DNA of 64,000 nucleotides from the NCBI GenBank assembly GCA_963781585.1, contig CAWAGQ010000006.1, positions 96,001 to 160,000 on the forward strand, in the 5' to 3' direction. The position numbers were made by a program, and so were the translations under genes. This DNA is from an uncultured Gemmatimonadaceae bacterium (lineage in GTDB: Bacteria; Gemmatimonadota; Gemmatimonadetes; Gemmatimonadales; Gemmatimonadaceae). Below the pieces are notes generated by a model. The model saw only the letters and a program-made list of their open reading frames with translations, was not told where the DNA came from and made no database searches. Shown here piece after piece: positions 56,283 through 64,000 of this stretch (positions within the stretch are counted from its first letter, which is position 1; each line of letters begins with the position of its first letter).

Positions 56283-56885
56283 GTGCCAGAGTCCCTACTC
56301 CACTCCCATCCGCTTCTGGAGCGGCTCGCCGCGAGTCTTGCGGCAAGGCCCGGAGAGCCGGCGCCTGACGACGGCGCGCCGCGTCGGGCGGCCGTCGCGG
56401 TCGTCTTCCGGGTGCCCGCATCCGGCGCCCTCGAGCTGTTGCTCATCCGGCGCGCCGAGTATGAAGGCGATCCGTGGAGCGGACAGGTGGCGCTTCCCGG
56501 TGGCCGGTGGCACGCGTCGGACACGTCGCTCCAGGACACCGCAGTGCGGGAAACCTTCGAGGAGACCGCCGTCGATATCGCCCACCAGGGGGTCATCCTC
56601 GGTCCGCTCGACGAACTGCGCCCGCGAACACCCGTTCTCCCCCCGATCATCGTCACGCCATTCGCCACTGTCGTGCGGCCCGAGGTCCGGATCGTGCCGA
56701 GTGAGGAAGTAGCCGAAGCGTTCTGGGTGCCCTGGTCGCTGCTGGAAGATCCCGCCACCAGCCGGGAAAGCGCCGTTCGGATACGGGGCGCCGAACGACT
56801 GGTGGAGAGTTACCTCGTCGGCCCGCACGTGGTGTGGGGCATGACCGAGCGGATACTGCGCCAGCTGGCCGGCCGATTGCGATAG
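56283..56885 (+). CDS. Nudix hydrolase, CoA pyrophosphatase (NudL-like)
   Basis: RAAVAV, LLIRRA, WSGQVALPGG, TAVRETFEETA, VWGMT. Confidence 0.88.
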   Translation: MPESLLHSHPLLERLAASLAARPGEPAPDDGAPRRAAVAVVFRVPASGALELLLIRRAEYEGDPWSGQVALPGGRWHASDTSLQDTAVRETFEETAVDIAHQGVILGPLDELRPRTPVLPPIIVTPFATVVRPEVRIVPSEEVAEAFWVPWSLLEDPATSRESAVRIRGAERLVESYLVGPHVVWGMTERILRQLAGRLR

Positions 56886-57028
56886 CGATCCGGACCGCGG
56901 CTGCTTCGACGACAATCACCAATAGTTCGGTGGCGGAATCCTTGAAGATCCCCACCGATGCCCAGTCGGTCCGCGGCGGGTGATTGACGGCACGCGCCGC
57001 TTGCGGTTGGCTGGTGCGTCGCCTAAAG

Positions 57029-57042
57029 TTAGGTTAACCTAA
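57029..57042. promoter_or_regulatory. DtxR/MntR-family operator
   Basis: Perfect palindrome TTAGGTTAACCTAA about 50 nt upstream of mntH, resembling DtxR-family boxes; the regulator lies in the same operon. Confidence 0.8.
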
Positions 57043-57092
57043 ATCCAAAGTTTTACGACACGAATTTCAACGAGCGTGACGGCCTTGGCGCG

Positions 57093-58487
57093 ATGACCGG
57101 ACAACCTTCTCGCGGGACCGATCCCGGTCCGGCCTCCTCCGCTGTCACCGCGCCAGTGGCCGCTCCCCGCGGCTGGCGCCGCGCCCGCCTCACGCCGAGC
57201 CTCGCCGACGTCTACCGCACCATCCCGGTCAGTGGGCTGGTCTGGTGGCGCAAGCTCCTGGCCTTCGCCGGCCCGGGCTATCTGGTCGCCGTCGGCTACA
57301 TGGATCCCGGAAACTGGGCCACCGACCTGGCCGGAGGCTCCCGCTTCGGCTACACGCTGCTCAGCGTCATCCTGCTCTCCAACCTGATCGCGGTCCTGCT
57401 GCAGGGACTGGCCTCGAAGCTCGGCATCGTTACCGGCCGTGACCTGGCGCAGGCGTGCCGCGACCACTACTCCCGGCCGGTCAATCTCGCGCAGTGGGTT
57501 CTGTGCGAGATCGCGATCGCTGCTTGCGACCTCGCCGAAGTCATCGGTTCCGCCATCGCCCTCAACCTGCTGTTCGGCCTGCCCGTCACCTGGGGCATCA
57601 TGGTGACGGCGCTGGACGTCATGCTCGTGCTCCTCCTGCAGCACCGGGGCTTCCGGCTGCTCGAGGCCGTGGTGGTCGCGCTCATCGCGACCATCGGAAT
57701 CTGCTTCGGCTTCGAGCTCTTCATCTCGCGACCGGACATCGGGGTCATGGCTCGGGGGTTTCTCCCCTCGGTGCAGACGGTGGCGGATCCGGCGCAACTC
57801 TACATCGCGATCGGCATCCTCGGCGCGACGGTCATGCCCCACAACCTGTATCTGCATTCCTCGATCGTGCAGACGCGCCGCTACGAGGAGCACGCCGCCG
57901 GCAAGCGCGAAGCCGTGCGATACGCGTTCATCGACTCCACTATCGCGCTCACCCTCGCGCTGTTCATCAATGGGGCGATCCTGGTGGTTGCGGCCGCGAC
58001 GTTCTTCCGGACCGGGCACCACGAAGTGGCGGAGATCCAGGACGCCTATAAACTTCTGACGCCGCTCCTCGGCGTGGGTGGGGCCAGCACGGTCTTCGCG
58101 CTCGCGCTGCTGGCGAGTGGACAGAATTCCACGTTGACGGGCACGCTCGCCGGACAGATCGTCATGGAGGGGTTCCTGAATATCCGGCTGCGCCCGTGGC
58201 TGCGGCGGCTCATTACCCGCGCCATCGCCATCGTCCCGGCTGCCATCGTCTCCGCCGTCGCCGGTGCGCATGGGACGGCGCAGCTGCTGGTGCTCAGCCA
58301 GGTCATCCTGTCGCTACAGCTCTCGTTCGCCGTCGTGCCCCTGGTGCAATTCACAAGCGAGAAGGCCAAGATGGGGGAGTTCGTGAATCCGGGATGGGTC
58401 AAAGCGCTGGCCTGGACGGCGACCGTCTTCATTGGGGTCCTGAACGCCTGGCTGCTCGTGCAGGCGGTGCGAGGGTGGCTGACCTGA
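57093..58487 (+). CDS. mntH: Nramp family Mn2+ transporter
   Basis: [44 protein letters not shown]. Confidence 0.95.
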   Translation: MTGQPSRGTDPGPASSAVTAPVAAPRGWRRARLTPSLADVYRTIPVSGLVWWRKLLAFAGPGYLVAVGYMDPGNWATDLAGGSRFGYTLLSVILLSNLIAVLLQGLASKLGIVTGRDLAQACRDHYSRPVNLAQWVLCEIAIAACDLAEVIGSAIALNLLFGLPVTWGIMVTALDVMLVLLLQHRGFRLLEAVVVALIATIGICFGFELFISRPDIGVMARGFLPSVQTVADPAQLYIAIGILGATVMPHNLYLHSSIVQTRRYEEHAAGKREAVRYAFIDSTIALTLALFINGAILVVAAATFFRTGHHEVAEIQDAYKLLTPLLGVGGASTVFALALLASGQNSTLTGTLAGQIVMEGFLNIRLRPWLRRLITRAIAIVPAAIVSAVAGAHGTAQLLVLSQVILSLQLSFAVVPLVQFTSEKAKMGEFVNPGWVKALAWTATVFIGVLNAWLLVQAVRGWLT

Positions 58488-58933
58488 TGTATCAGCGGAT
58501 CCTGATGGCACTCGAGAATTCGCCGACCGACCCATCCATCGTCGAGCACGTGCGCAATCTGGCGCAGTTCTGCCACGCGTCGGTGGTGCTGATCCACGTG
58601 GCCGACGGCTGGGCCGCGCGCAACATCAAGCAGCTCAACCTGCGCGAGTCGGAGGAGATGCGGCGCGACCGCGAGTACCTGGAGCGCATGGCGAACGAAC
58701 TGACGCGGGATGGGGTCCCGGCCGAGGCCGTGCTGGCCACGGGGGACCCCGGGACCGAAATCAGCGCGGCCGCCGAGCGCGAACGCTGCGACCTGATTGC
58801 CATGGCCACCCACGGCCACAAGCTCATCGGCGATGTGGTGTATGGTAGCGTCGCCAACGCGGTGCGTCACCGGTCGATGGTACCGGTGCTGCTGGTGCGG
58901 GCGCCCTCCACCGGGAAGAAGACGCCGTCATGA
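58487..58933 (+). CDS. Universal stress protein
   Basis: [30 protein letters not shown]...VPVLLVR. Confidence 0.9.
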   Translation: MYQRILMALENSPTDPSIVEHVRNLAQFCHASVVLIHVADGWAARNIKQLNLRESEEMRRDREYLERMANELTRDGVPAEAVLATGDPGTEISAAAERERCDLIAMATHGHKLIGDVVYGSVANAVRHRSMVPVLLVRAPSTGKKTPS

Positions 58934-59610
58934 CCGCAGTGCGGAAACGCGCGCTCACCGCTCCGGTGGAGGACTATCTCAAGGTCATCTACGACGTGGA
59001 GCTCGCGGGCGCGGCGGCGGCAACGAACGACATTGCTCAGCGCCTCGAGATCGCGCCGGCCTCGGTGAGCGGCATGGTGCGCCGTCTGGCGGAGCAGGGA
59101 CTGCTGGCATATGAACCGTATCGTGGTGCGCGCCTCACGCCGGCCGGGCGCCGCGCCGCCCTGCGCACGATCCGCCGTCACCGCGTGATCGAAGCCTATC
59201 TGGTGCGCGCGCTGGGTTTTCCCTGGGACGGCGTGCACGAGGAGGCCGAGCGGCTGGAGCACGCGGCCAGCGACGCGCTGATCGATCGCATGGCGCACGC
59301 CATCGGCGAGCCGCTCACCGATCCGCACGGTGCGCCGATCCCGACGCGTGAGGGGCGGGTGGACGAGACGCGGTACGGCACTCTGGCCGACGTGGCCGTA
59401 GGGGGGCGCGCGCGTCTCATCCGGGTCGGCGACGAGGACGCGGCATTGCTGCGGCACCTCTCCTCGTTAGGCCTCCGGCCCGAGGCCACGGTGTCGGTTC
59501 GCGGCCGTGCGCCGTACGACGGGCCGATCACACTCGACGTGGGCGGGCGGCGGCGTCAGGTCGGGGCGGCGCTGGCCGCGCGGCTCCAGGTGGAGCTGCT
59601 GTCGGACTGA
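58930..59610 (+). CDS. mntR: DtxR/MntR family metal-dependent regulator with FeoA domain
   Basis: EDYLKVIY, SVSGMVRRL, RRHRVIE.YL, HEEAERLEH, DPHGAPIP. Confidence 0.92.
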   Translation: MTAVRKRALTAPVEDYLKVIYDVELAGAAAATNDIAQRLEIAPASVSGMVRRLAEQGLLAYEPYRGARLTPAGRRAALRTIRRHRVIEAYLVRALGFPWDGVHEEAERLEHAASDALIDRMAHAIGEPLTDPHGAPIPTREGRVDETRYGTLADVAVGGRARLIRVGDEDAALLRHLSSLGLRPEATVSVRGRAPYDGPITLDVGGRRRQVGAALAARLQVELLSD

Positions 59611-59641
59611 GCGCCGCGCCGTCCCGCGAACGGGGCATGCG

Positions 59642-59668
59642 CTGAACCCTGAACCCTGAACCCTGAAC
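59642..59668. repeat. CTGAACC tandem heptamer (about 4 units) between convergent genes
   Basis: ctgaacc ctgaacc ctgaacc ctgaac. Confidence 0.75.
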
Positions 59669-59691
59669 GCCGTTAGCGGAAATGCGGATTC

Positions 59692-59886
59692 CTAACGAGC
59701 CTTGGAGGCCGGTCGCCCCGCCTCCCCGCCCGCCTTCTTCATCAGCCGCCCGGCGCGGGCCAGTGCGTCCCGCAGCACGAATTCGATCTGTCCATTGAGA
59801 CTGCGCAGGTCATCGTTGGCCCAGCGCTGCATCGCCTGCAGCACCTCCGCATCCACGCGCAGCAGAAACGGGCGCCGGTCAGCCAT
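59692..59886 (-). CDS. Arc-like ribbon-helix-helix DNA-binding protein
   Basis: RRPFLLRVD...WANDDLRSLNGQIEFVL, the small RHH typically found downstream of SPFH genes. Confidence 0.85.
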   Translation of the reverse strand: MADRRPFLLRVDAEVLQAMQRWANDDLRSLNGQIEFVLRDALARAGRLMKKAGGEAGRPASKAR

Positions 59887-59978
59887 GACATCGACCGGCG
59901 CCGCCGTGCCCCCTCACGCCGCTCCAGCTCATCCGCCAACTCCCACCGCGGCGCGCCACGACGCCTCCGGGCTCCGAC

Positions 59979-60849
59979 TCACTGGTAGATCGTCCCGGCG
60001 TTGACGATCGGCTGCGCGTCACGGTCGGAGCAGAGCACTACCAGCAGGTTGCTGATCATCGCCGCCTTGCGCTCCTCATCGAGCTGCACGAGCGAGCGAT
60101 CAGAGATCATCGACAGCGCATTCTCGACCATGCCCACGGCCCCTTCGACGATCTTCTGCCGGGCTGCGATGATCGCGCTCGCCTGCTGGCGACGCAGCAT
60201 CGCCGACGCGATTTCCGGTGCGTAGGCGAGATGGCTGATGCGTGCCTCGATGACTTCCACCCCCGCCTTGTCGAGCCGATCCTGGATCGCCTTCTTGAGC
60301 GACGACGCGATCTCGTCGGGGTGCGTACTGAGCGCCTTCTCCCCCTCCACGTGGGCATCATATGGATACGACTGCGCCAGCGCCCGCACCGCCGACTCGC
60401 TCTGGGTCTGGACGATAGTTCTGGTAGTCGTCCACCTCGAACATCGCCTCTGCCGAGTCGATCACCTTCCACACCACGATGGCCCCGATCTCGATCGGGT
60501 TGGAGTGGATGTCGTTCACCTTGAGCTTCCCGGTCTCGAAATTCCGCACCCGGAGCGAGATCCGCTTCTTGGCGTAGAACGGGTTGGCCCACCAGAGGCC
60601 GGCGTCGCGCACCGTGCCGACATACCGGCCGAAGAGCGTCAGCACCTTGGCCTCGTTAGGCTGGACGGTGAACAGCCCGCCGGCGCCGAGGGCCACCAGG
60701 CCGAACACGAGAGCCCAGGTGACCGCGAGCCCGGGACGCTCGGCGCCCGCGGCCGCGATCAGCCGCCAGATCGCCACTGCGCCCGGACAGAGAAGAGCAC
60801 AAGGGCGGCAAGCCCGTTGGTCGGCCTTCAATCGGATTTCGCGGAACAT
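59979..60849 (-). pseudogene. SPFH/band 7 membrane protein split by a +1 frameshift near 60414 (or a sequencing error)
   Basis: The first frame gives VQPNEAKVL..FG.Y.GT...KVND...NPIEI...DDYQNY. After one extra C (AAC TAT C GTC CAG) the next frame gives [19 protein letters not shown]...[19 protein letters not shown]. Confidence 0.8.
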
Positions 60850-60876
60850 GCGATGCTGCTCCTGATAGTGGGATGT

Positions 60877-60914
60877 GCTATCGGGATGATATCACTTCGA
60901 TATCTTACTGTCAA
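60877..60914 (-). promoter_or_regulatory. Sigma70 promoter of the SPFH operon with three GATATC-like boxes
   Basis: Minus strand TTGACA (60914-60909), 17 nt, TATCAT (60891-60886); GCTATC/GATATC/GATATC at 60877, 60888 and 60899 (11-bp period). Confidence 0.7.
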
Positions 60915-60949
60915 GTTCGATAGCGGGCCTCTGCGGCGTGCAGCGCGCC

Positions 60950-61100
60950 CGGAGTCCAGAAGCCAGAATCCGGAGCCCGGAGTCCAGAGATGCCTGTTGC
61001 CGGGATCGGTGTCCGTCAGACGCTCCACTGCGGGAGGAGACGGAGCTCTGCCAGGCGTGGGCTATGGCCTGTGGCCTTTGGCCTATGCCCTCCGGCCTCG
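60950..61100. repeat. Two oppositely oriented degenerate heptamer arrays in the divergent intergenic region
   Basis: ggagtcc agaagcc agaatcc ggagccc ggagtcc and gggctat ggcctgt ggccttt ggcctat. Confidence 0.65.
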
Positions 61101-61144
61101 GCATCGCTTGACAGCCCGCGACGAGTCGTACCGATTCCGCTTCC

Positions 61145-61954
61145 ATGGAAGGTCGCGTCCGAATCGGCTGTCAGGGGTGGAACTACGACGCATGGGTGGG
61201 ACCGTTCTATCCGAGCGGAACCAGGCCTGCCGATTACCTCTCCGTATACGCCCGCGCGTTCGACACGGTCGAGGTCGACTCGACCTTCTACGCCGTCCCG
61301 CCGGTGAAGACCTTCCGGAGCTGGGCAGAACGGGTGCCCGCGGGATTCACCTTTGCGCTCAAGCTCCCGCAGGAGATCACCCACGAGAATCGCCTCCGAC
61401 GTGCCGATGATCTCACCAACCTGTTCTTCGAGCGGGCGCGTGAACTGGGGGACAAGCTCGGGCCTATCCTCGTGCAGCTGGGACCGGACTTCGGTCCCGC
61501 CGAACTTCCGGGGCTCGCGCAGTTTCTCCCCAAACTGCCGCGCGACCTCGCCATCGCCGTGGAGTTCCGGCAGCGGGCGTGGATGCACGAGGGCATTCTG
61601 GCGCTGCTGGCCGAGCATAACGTGGCGCTCGCCCTGAGCGACGGGCGGTGGGTACCGCGCAAGACGATGCTCACCCTGGCCGATCACCCGACCTCGAACC
61701 TGGCCTACATCAGATGGATGGGTCCCAACCGCGACCTGGTTGACTACTCGCGGATTCAGGTGGACCGGCGACGTGAGCTGGAGGCATGGGCCGCCGTGCT
61801 GCCGGAACTCGCGCGGCGCGTCGAAGTGGCCTACGGATACGTCAACAACCACTTCGCCGGTCATGCGCCTGCGTCGGCGCGCGAGCTCCAGCGCCGGCTC
61901 GGTCAGGCCGTGGTCGAGCCAAGCCAGCTCGGCGAGCAAATGAGTTTGTTCTAG
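61145..61954 (+). CDS. DUF72 family protein
   Basis: IGCQGWNYDAWVGPFYP, VEVDSTFY, KLPQEITHE, VEFR, YVNNH. Confidence 0.92.
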   Translation: MEGRVRIGCQGWNYDAWVGPFYPSGTRPADYLSVYARAFDTVEVDSTFYAVPPVKTFRSWAERVPAGFTFALKLPQEITHENRLRRADDLTNLFFERARELGDKLGPILVQLGPDFGPAELPGLAQFLPKLPRDLAIAVEFRQRAWMHEGILALLAEHNVALALSDGRWVPRKTMLTLADHPTSNLAYIRWMGPNRDLVDYSRIQVDRRRELEAWAAVLPELARRVEVAYGYVNNHFAGHAPASARELQRRLGQAVVEPSQLGEQMSLF

Positions 61955-62037
61955 GGCCGGGGACGATGTCGCGGAGCCGTGGACCCTACCGCGCTCCGTT
62001 ATCCTCCGACGTCCTGCTCCCGAACTCCTCTTTCACC

Positions 62038-62778
62038 ATGTCCCGCCGTCTCATCGGCTTCGCGGTCTTTGCACTCGCCATTTCGTCAGGGTGCGCCCGC
62101 CTCGGCTTCTGGCAGATCTCACGATTGCACGAGCGCCAGGCGCGGAACGCGATGATCGTCGGTCGTCTGGACGCGCCGCCGATGCGCGCTGCGGCGCTCG
62201 CAGGCGACACCGGCATTCGCTTCCGCCGCGCGACCGCGTCCGGACGCTACGATTACGGTCACGAGCTCCTCTACGCCACGAGGCCTCGTCAGGGATCGCC
62301 CGGCGTGAACTTTCTCACGCCACTGCTGATCGGTTCCGGGGACACGGCCCTGCTTGTGAATCGGGGATGGGTCTACTCTCCCGACGGCATGACGGTGGAC
62401 GCAGCCCGTTGGCGGGAAGCGGAGGGGGACTCGGCGCGCGTCGACGGCTTCGTGGAGGAATTCACCCGAGCCGATGAACCGGTGTCGACCCACACCGCGC
62501 CCACCGCCGTTCGACGCCTGGACTTCGACTCGATTCAGGCGCGAATGCCCTATCCCATTCTGCGGCTCATCCTCGTTCAACAGATCCCGCCCGACTCGGC
62601 TGCCGTGCAGCGCGTCCCCGTTCGCATCGACCCGCCGCCGCTGAGCGAGGGGCCGCACCGGTCATACGCGATACAGTGGTTCGGATTTGCCCTGATCGGA
62701 ATCGTGGGCACGGTGATGGTGATAGAACGCGACCGTCGCCGGTCGCGCGAGCGGGCCGAACCTGGGCAAACAGGGTAG
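62038..62778 (+). CDS. SURF1 family (cytochrome c oxidase assembly) protein
   Basis: LGFWQ..R, LLVNRGWV, H.SYAIQWFGFA. Confidence 0.9.
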   Translation: MSRRLIGFAVFALAISSGCARLGFWQISRLHERQARNAMIVGRLDAPPMRAAALAGDTGIRFRRATASGRYDYGHELLYATRPRQGSPGVNFLTPLLIGSGDTALLVNRGWVYSPDGMTVDAARWREAEGDSARVDGFVEEFTRADEPVSTHTAPTAVRRLDFDSIQARMPYPILRLILVQQIPPDSAAVQRVPVRIDPPPLSEGPHRSYAIQWFGFALIGIVGTVMVIERDRRRSRERAEPGQTG

Positions 62779-62886
62779 AATTCGGCAGTCGTCAAAGCGC
62801 ATCGCGCTGACCCCGCCGTCGCCAGGTTCGTCAATCTCCGGGAGATGGCCGCACGCGCCGGACGCGCTTTCATACACGAGACTCTC

Positions 62887-64000
62887 ATGACCGATACGCC
62901 GCACGGACACGCCACCGAAAAGGAAGCTCGCGATGTCGCCGAAGCGGCGCGCGAGACCGAGTGGCAGCATCCGAGTTTCGTCCGCGAGCTCTTTCTGGGT
63001 CGCTTCCGACTCGATCTGGTTCATCCGCATCCCGAGCGGCACGATCCCGATGAGGAGGCGCGGGCTGCGGAGTTCATGGCCCGGCTGCGCGAGTTCCTGG
63101 AGCGCGTCGATTCCGAAGAGATCGACCGGACGGGCGAGATTCCAGAGTCGCTGGTGCAGGAGCTGCGCGACATGGGCGCGTTCGGGATCAAGATCCCGCG
63201 CGAGTACGGCGGCCTCGGGCTCTCGCAGATGACGTACATCCGCGCCATGGAGCTGGTCACGTCGAAGGACGGCAGCCTCACGGCGCTCTTGTCGGCGAGT
63301 CAATCCATCGGCGTGCCGCAGCCGCTCAAGCTGTTCGGCTCCGAGGAACAGAAGCACAAGTACTTTCCCCGGCTGGCGAAGGGAGCGATCAGCGCGTTCG
63401 CGCTCACCGAAGTGAATGCCGGTTCCGATCCGGCCAACATGGCGACCACGGCGACGCCGGTGGACGGCGGACGGTCCTTTGTGCTCAATGGGGAGAAGCT
63501 CTGGTGCACGAACGGGACGCGCGCCGAGCTGTTCGTGGTGATGGCGCGCACGCCCGACCTGGAGATGCCGGACGGGAAGAACCGCAAGCAGATCACGGCA
63601 TTCATCGTCGACGCGGCGATGCCGGGAGTGGAAGTCGCTCACCGATGCCGATTCATGGGGCTCAAGGCGATCGAGAACGGGCTGATCCGGTTCCGGGACG
63701 TGAAAGTGCCGGCCGAGAACATTCTGTGGGGCGAGGGAAAGGGACTGAAACTGGCGCTGATCACGCTGAACACGGGACGGCTCACGCTGCCGGCGGGGTC
63801 GGCGGGAGTGGCGAAGGCGATGCTCCGGATCTGCCGTGATTGGGCGAACGAGCGCGTGCAGTGGGGGCAGCCGATCGGGAAGCACGACGCGATCGCGCAG
63901 AAGATCGGGCACATGGCGGCCGATGCGTTCGCGATGGAGGCGGTGGCCGAGTTGTCGACGGCGCTGTACGAGCAGGGCGGGTACGACATCCGGCTCGAGG
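62887..64000 (+). CDS. Acyl-CoA dehydrogenase (runs off window end)
   Basis: Manual translation MTDTPHGH...[13 protein letters not shown]...SQSIG...[12 protein letters not shown]...[11 protein letters not shown]...TLNTGR...RVQWGQPIG. Absent from the ORF track because there is no stop in the window. Confidence 0.93.
   Translation, partial: MTDTPHGHATEKEARDVAEAARETEWQHPSFVRELFLGRFRLDLVHPHPERHDPDEEARAAEFMARLREFLERVDSEEIDRTGEIPESLVQELRDMGAFGIKIPREYGGLGLSQMTYIRAMELVTSKDGSLTALLSASQSIGVPQPLKLFGSEEQKHKYFPRLAKGAISAFALTEVNAGSDPANMATTATPVDGGRSFVLNGEKLWCTNGTRAELFVVMARTPDLEMPDGKNRKQITAFIVDAAMPGVEVAHRCRFMGLKAIENGLIRFRDVKVPAENILWGEGKGLKLALITLNTGRLTLPAGSAGVAKAMLRICRDWANERVQWGQPIGKHDAIAQKIGHMAADAFAMEAVAELSTALYEQGGYDIRLE

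Noticed and set aside
1201..60661. CGTTAGGC as a Chi or KOPS polar motif
   Set aside because: The 12:8 strand split with interleaved orientations is not the strong skew expected within one replichore; kept as an unexplained motif instead.
31961..61100. Heptamer arrays as CRISPR repeats
   Set aside because: 7-bp tandem units with no unique spacers, no 25-40 bp repeats and no cas genes.
70..63989. Many long alternative-frame or antisense ORFs (e.g. 9278-11002, 15455-17293, 32567-34141, 37465-39273, 48409-50694, 62662-63912)
   Set aside because: Arg/Pro/Ala-rich shadow ORFs overlapping well-supported genes; expected in high-GC DNA with few stop codons.
1..64000. Prophage, IS element or genomic island
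   Set aside because: No integrase, transposase or phage structural genes, and no evident compositional break.

Overview
A 64-kb, high-GC (about 68% by eye), gene-dense bacterial chromosome segment. The gene repertoire suggests Gemmatimonadota or a relative, which is inference only. It is mostly housekeeping and stress genes: the 5' end of lon, tandem membrane Ser/Thr kinases, Hsp20, an M16 peptidase pair, DEAD/DEAH helicases, pfk, ispH, an XdhC/Moco maturation cluster, a radical SAM-imuA-imuB-dnaE2 mutagenesis cassette, an ECF sigma/anti-sigma/DUF4097 operon, an orphan N6-adenine methyltransferase + SNF2 helicase pair, mntH-usp-mntR, SPFH + Arc-like regulator, SURF1 and an acyl-CoA dehydrogenase. 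I saw no rRNA, tRNA, CRISPR array or IS element. The strongest unexplained signal is a non-palindromic octamer, CGTTAGGC/GCCTAACG, found 20 times on both strands. It forces rare TTA codons in genes and supplies several stop codons, so it behaves like a genome-wide DNA signal (uptake-sequence-, HIP1- or methylation-like). Other notable items are a SelW-like selenoprotein missed by the ORF track (CxxU plus a SECIS-like hairpin), an IscU/SufU-MocA fusion, heptamer-repeat arrays translated inside DnaE2/ImuA/ImuB, and candidate operators for LexA, MntR and an Arc-like RHH protein.
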